From Eledone cirrhosa (Eukaryota): 64,000 bases of DNA. The notes beneath the pieces were generated by a model, which had not been told where the DNA came from, did not search any database, and saw nothing but the letters and a program-made list of their open reading frames with translations. Shown here in pieces: positions 51,126-64,000 of the stretch; the stretch's first letter is position 1; each line of letters opens with the position of its first letter. The stretch spans positions 310,744,001-310,808,000 of the forward strand of contig OZ024741.1 in assembly GCA_964016885.1 (NCBI GenBank). Direction: 5' to 3'. Position numbers and translations under genes: made by a program.

Positions 51126-51381
51126 TGGGGGTGAGAGAGAGAGAGAGATAGAGAGAGAAGAGAGGGAGAGAGAGCGTTTGTTTTTGAGTGTGGAACGGTC
51201 AAACATTTATTTACTTCAACGACAAAGAGAACTTATTACATTTCATACGAAACAACAATTATTCAAAAGCAACAGATAAATTTATTCAACAACAAAAAAA
51301 AAAAAAGCGATAAATCTTTTTTAAAACATCTCTCAACGAACGTGGAAGAAAGAAGTATCAGTTCATTTACTATACACAATA

Positions 51382-51655
51382 ATATCCTCTATGAGGTCAC
51401 TAAACCTTTTAGAAACAGCAGCCAACTCTCCCCCATATCACACCACGCCCTACTTTCTTAAATTTAGAAAACATATCCTCTATGAGGTCACTAAACCTTT
51501 TAGAAACAGCAGCTAACTCTCCCCCATATCACACCATGCCCTACTTTCTTAAATTTAGAAAATATATCCACTATGAGGTCACTAAACCTTTTAGAAACAG
51601 CAGCTAATTCTCCCACATATCACACCCCTCCCTACTGTCTTAACTTTATAAACAC
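51382..51655. repeat. Minisatellite, 3 x 91 bp
   Basis: atatcc.ctatgaggtcactaaaccttttagaaacagcagc... starts at 51382, 51473 and 51564. Confidence 0.92.
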
Positions 51656-51865
51656 ACATTAGACAACCATGCAGAAAAACTCCATCGCAGCTCTGTTGTT
51701 CGGCTGACATCGTCTACGTGCGTATTGCGCAAGTACTGTGAAACAATAAATTTCAACACTTCTTTGCACAGAGATAATATCCATAGGCGAAACAAAACTT
51801 GTCAACGCTGGCACTGCGCCTGCTTCGGCAGTCCAGGTCTGCAATTCATTCACCCAGTGCCTGGG

Positions 51866-60624
<8,759 letters not shown>

Positions 60625-61647
60625 TTACATGTATCAAAGTTCTGTTTAAACCATTTATTCGCTTACAATTGTTTCTTCCAATGTCAGACTTGAACCCGTC
60701 ACCACCTATAGCAACAAACCTCAAGGCCACACCTTACACCATATCTCCACACTCATTGATCAACTTTAACACAAATAGTGACATCCTCCTAGTACCTTTT
60801 ACCCTAGAGATATCCCCATGTACATCTACTTTTGGTATATTTGCCTTCAATTACTTAGACTACATTACACCACTATATAATTAATGTAAACTTTAAACAC
60901 TGAATTATTTGTGCTAATGTTGTTCTGTGTATGGAGTGCCATCATTGTATAAATGGAAGATTAATTAATTTATTAACATAAAAGAGCTATATAACCTATA
61001 TGCTCAGTGCAATGAATTATGTACAAGTGATGTATGAGTTATACATACATGTATGACTTGATGGTCAGATTAGTGACATTGCAAGTGAGAATTGATCTCT
61101 GGTCTACCCTAGTGATATTTAACTTTGCCATGCAATCAGACATGCACTGACCCAGAGCTTACCAGGAGTTATATATAGAAGTGATTCTAATAAAACCCTG
61201 CCAGGTTCTGCGGGTAGACTACACTTACACAGATCATTGATTTGGGGATCTGACTCTTCATGTAGAATATTCAGTTGTGGCACTCTATGATAGAGGGTAA
61301 TCATCCTAATATGAACACGTTTAGTACTTCTTGATAGACTACACTGTAATTTATAGATAAGATACTTAAATTTAGAAACTGTTTATAACCTTATATGATA
61401 GGGACTCATTTGAGACACCATTTAATGTACATTAGGATAATAAATTTAGTTATAGAAATCAGCTAGTTACCTCCCCTCACGCATTAACTCCCCTTAATCA
61501 CACACACACACTTCCGGAAAATAATAAGATGTCAATTCTCGCAACAAAAACAACCTGCTCTATAAAATTGGATTAAAGAACAACAAGCTGTAATATTCTA
61601 ACATAATTCATCATATTGAATCATCGTATATTATGTGAAGGACGAAT

Positions 61648-61838
61648 GGCGGTGGATTGGCAGTATCGGTAGAGGTTCGGACGCCATGCTTTGACGCATA
61701 GAGTTACGGCCCTTGCCATTCTGAGTTCAAATCCCGCCGAGGTTAACTTTGCCTTTCATCCTTACGGGGTCGATAAAATAAAGTACCAGTAATGTACTGG
61801 GTAATTTTCTGGCCTTGTGCCAATAGTAGAAACAATTA
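61648..61838 (+). mobile_element. Full-length tRNA-derived SINE
   Basis: A-box-like tggcagtatcggt and B box gttcaaatccc. 14-bp TSD attatgtgaaggac at 61630-61643 and 61835-61848. Confidence 0.93.
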
Positions 61839-62139
61839 TGTGAAGGACATATAATCTATATATTACGTTTCCTGGATTGTGAAAATGGTGGTGTATACGA
61901 AAACCATAACATTGTTTTGCTTCTCATTTTTTATATTTTTAATATTTCTCTACACACAAGCTTCTATATGATTCATAAAAAAAATACTTTACCAATACAA
62001 CCCCCATAATACTCTTGATTTCCCGCTTAAAGTGCTTGTATTACATATAACACCCTACCGCACTATAATCTTATATAAATAAGACACACGTGCATGCCCC
62101 GCGTGTAACTATTGCATACACTAACTACTTCAAACTATC

Positions 62140-62593
62140 CTCTTGCTTTATCTTCGTAAACTGCCAATGTTGTATTTTAACTTTAATTTTGTCCTTTAAT
62201 ATGACTTTAATCTTTGAATGTAAATTGCCATGCTAAAATATTGTAATGGATGTCAACCCACTGTGCATCAATATATACATATGTTTATGTATGTCTCTTA
62301 TGTTGAAAAGGAGGTCATGTATGTAAACAATCATTGAAAAATTGCTCCGAAGACGCCAAACCTCGGTTTGGAAGAAACAATTGTAAGCGAATAAATGGTT
62401 TAAACAGAACTTTGATTCATGTAATTTCTATATAACTGCTCTGTAGAACAACTGATGTTATTACATTGAGCTATTTATCTTACTGGTAATAAGGTAGTAA
62501 TAAATTACTGTCTTTCACTATTTAGGGTTTAAAATATATATAACTATAAAATGTTTTAGTATATACATAACCATAAATAGTATCCTTAATACT
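62140..62593 (+). mobile_element. Second copy of the 2.1-2.5 kb element, with HHR-like motif at 62341-62392
   Basis: Collinear with 2090-2537. attgct-CCGAAGA-cg-ccaaac(ctcg)gtttgg-aa-GAAAC-aatt-GTA-agcgaat. Confidence 0.75.
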
Positions 62594-62616
62594 ATATATA
62601 TATATATATATATATA

Positions 62617-63006
62617 TTTCGTTTCTGAATTTGTTCAGCAAGATTCTATACCTGAAAACGTGTGTTGAAACCGATATTGTTATACTTTGGGAGGGTCATG
62701 TTGCCAATAAGAAACACCCGCACCAGCTGCTTTCACTTCAATTTATTATAATAAATCTATAAATTTAGGAATTTATAAATTTCCGGTTGGTTGGTTGGTT
62801 GGTTCCATAATCAGATGGTTGTTTATATATTGTCAAAGTTATTTCGTCACACATTCTGTGACCTCTTCAGTGACTGGGAATTCTTTTCTTTGTTTTTGTG
62901 CCTCTCCTTTGTTCTGTCCTACGCCATTTTTGAAAATTATAATAAATTGAAGTGAAAGCAACTGGTGCGTGTGTTTCTTATTGGCAACATGACCCTCCCA
63001 AAGTAT

Positions 63007-63014
<8 letters not shown>
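62617..63014. mobile_element. PLE-type terminus with inverted repeats (62674-62750 / 62937-63014) and an HHR-like motif at 62832-62874 (-); another copy begins at ~63867
   Basis: Minus strand gtca-CTGAAGA-g-gtcaca(gaatg)tgtgac-GAAA-taactt-tgac. Flanked by (TA)n. Confidence 0.65.
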
Positions 63015-63050
<36 letters not shown>

Positions 63051-63132
63051 GTTATTCCGGGTTGAATCGGAGGTAACCACAGTAAGTAAGGTACTCAATA
63101 CATAGCAGAGTATAACAGTTTTAATATAGATG

Positions 63133-63183
63133 AGATTCTACAGGACTAGAACTGTTTCATTCATTAGAAATCATCAGGAATCT
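63133..63183 (-). ncRNA. Type-I HHR motif (same family as 983-1030)
   Basis: agattc-CTGATGA-t-ttc(taat)gaa-t-GAA-ACAG(ttctagtc)CTGT-A-gaatct: 6-bp stem I, 4-bp stem III and GUA cleavage triplet. Confidence 0.65.
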
Positions 63184-63826
63184 GGGTATCAAAAAATAAA
63201 TATGGTATTTATAGGTCTCTACAAGTGGTAGGAGAGGGTGGGGAGTGGGATGGGTGCAGGTCATTGGTTGATAGAAAAGGGAATTCATTAAAAGCTAATT
63301 CTACAAAGCTATAGTTTATTTTTATTTTTATTTTTATTTATTTATGTTTTTAGAGTAACAAGGGCAGACAGAATTCTATAAACAGGTTCCGGATGGCATA
63401 CCATTCCTTGTCAATAAGTTTCTCTTAAGCTAACAGATGTCTATAAAATCAGTGGGGGGTCAGTCATGGTCGATAGAATTAAAGAAAAGGGAGATTCTTT
63501 AAAAGCTAAAGTCATTAAGGTTCTACTAAGTGACAAAGGTCTAGAGAATTCTGCAGACAGATTCAAAATACTGAGTGCATATCTTACTATTATCTTCGAA
63601 CTTCTCTTAAACTAATCAACTAATGCCAAAAATCAACAGACACATTCACAAAAAAACAAAAAAACACATACTCACTCACACACTTACGCGCAACCATAAA
63701 CACACACACAAACACATATACACACATAAAAACACACACACATATATACAAAATATATAAATATATATTCATGTACACACAAATACATACACACATACAT
63801 ACATACATACATATATAATACATATA

Positions 63827-63867
<41 letters not shown>

Positions 63868-64000
63868 TTCGTTTCTGAATTTGTTTAGCAAGATTCTTTA
63901 TCTGAAATCGTGTGTTGAAACCGATATTGTTATACTTTGGGAGGGTCATGTTGCCAATAAGAAACACACGCACCAGTTGCTTTCACTTCAATTTAATTTA

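Noticed and set aside
51382-51655. CRISPR-like array
   Set aside because: The units are contiguous 91-bp repeats without unique spacers, the context is eukaryotic, and there are no cas genes.
62140-63183. Larger tandem duplication linking the window start (845-2537) and end
   Set aside because: The shared pieces are short, in a different order and differently diverged, so they are dispersed repeat-family copies.

Overview
AT-rich, microsatellite-dense animal genomic DNA. The SINE and retroelement repertoire suggests a coleoid cephalopod such as Octopus, but this is inference, not a database match. Almost all of the window is transposon-derived, and most ORF-track entries are microsatellite or antisense artefacts. 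Main content: (1) many short Penelope-like (PLE) termini and non-coding elements sit in (TA)n tracts, form inverted and tandem repeats, and carry at least eight unrelated families of minimal hammerhead-ribozyme (HHR) motifs; one element of the same architecture carries a tRNA-like cloverleaf. (2) An ~18.6 kb train (31.4-50.0 kb) of four Tx1/L1-clade LINE units and two antisense Dong/R4-clade LINEs is joined mostly through (ATT)n tracts; each Tx1 copy has a conserved splice donor at the ORF1/ORF2 junction. (3) An R4-clade LINE lies in (CATA)n. (4) An ~9 kb segmental duplication (18095-27441 and 51866-60488) carries a 5'-truncated, intronless DDX5/DDX17 retrocopy. (5) One clean host exon (EGF-like, phase 1-1) is on the minus strand. 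(6) There are also tRNA-derived SINEs and hAT and RTE remnants. All structures and boundaries were read by eye, so edges of degraded elements are approximate.
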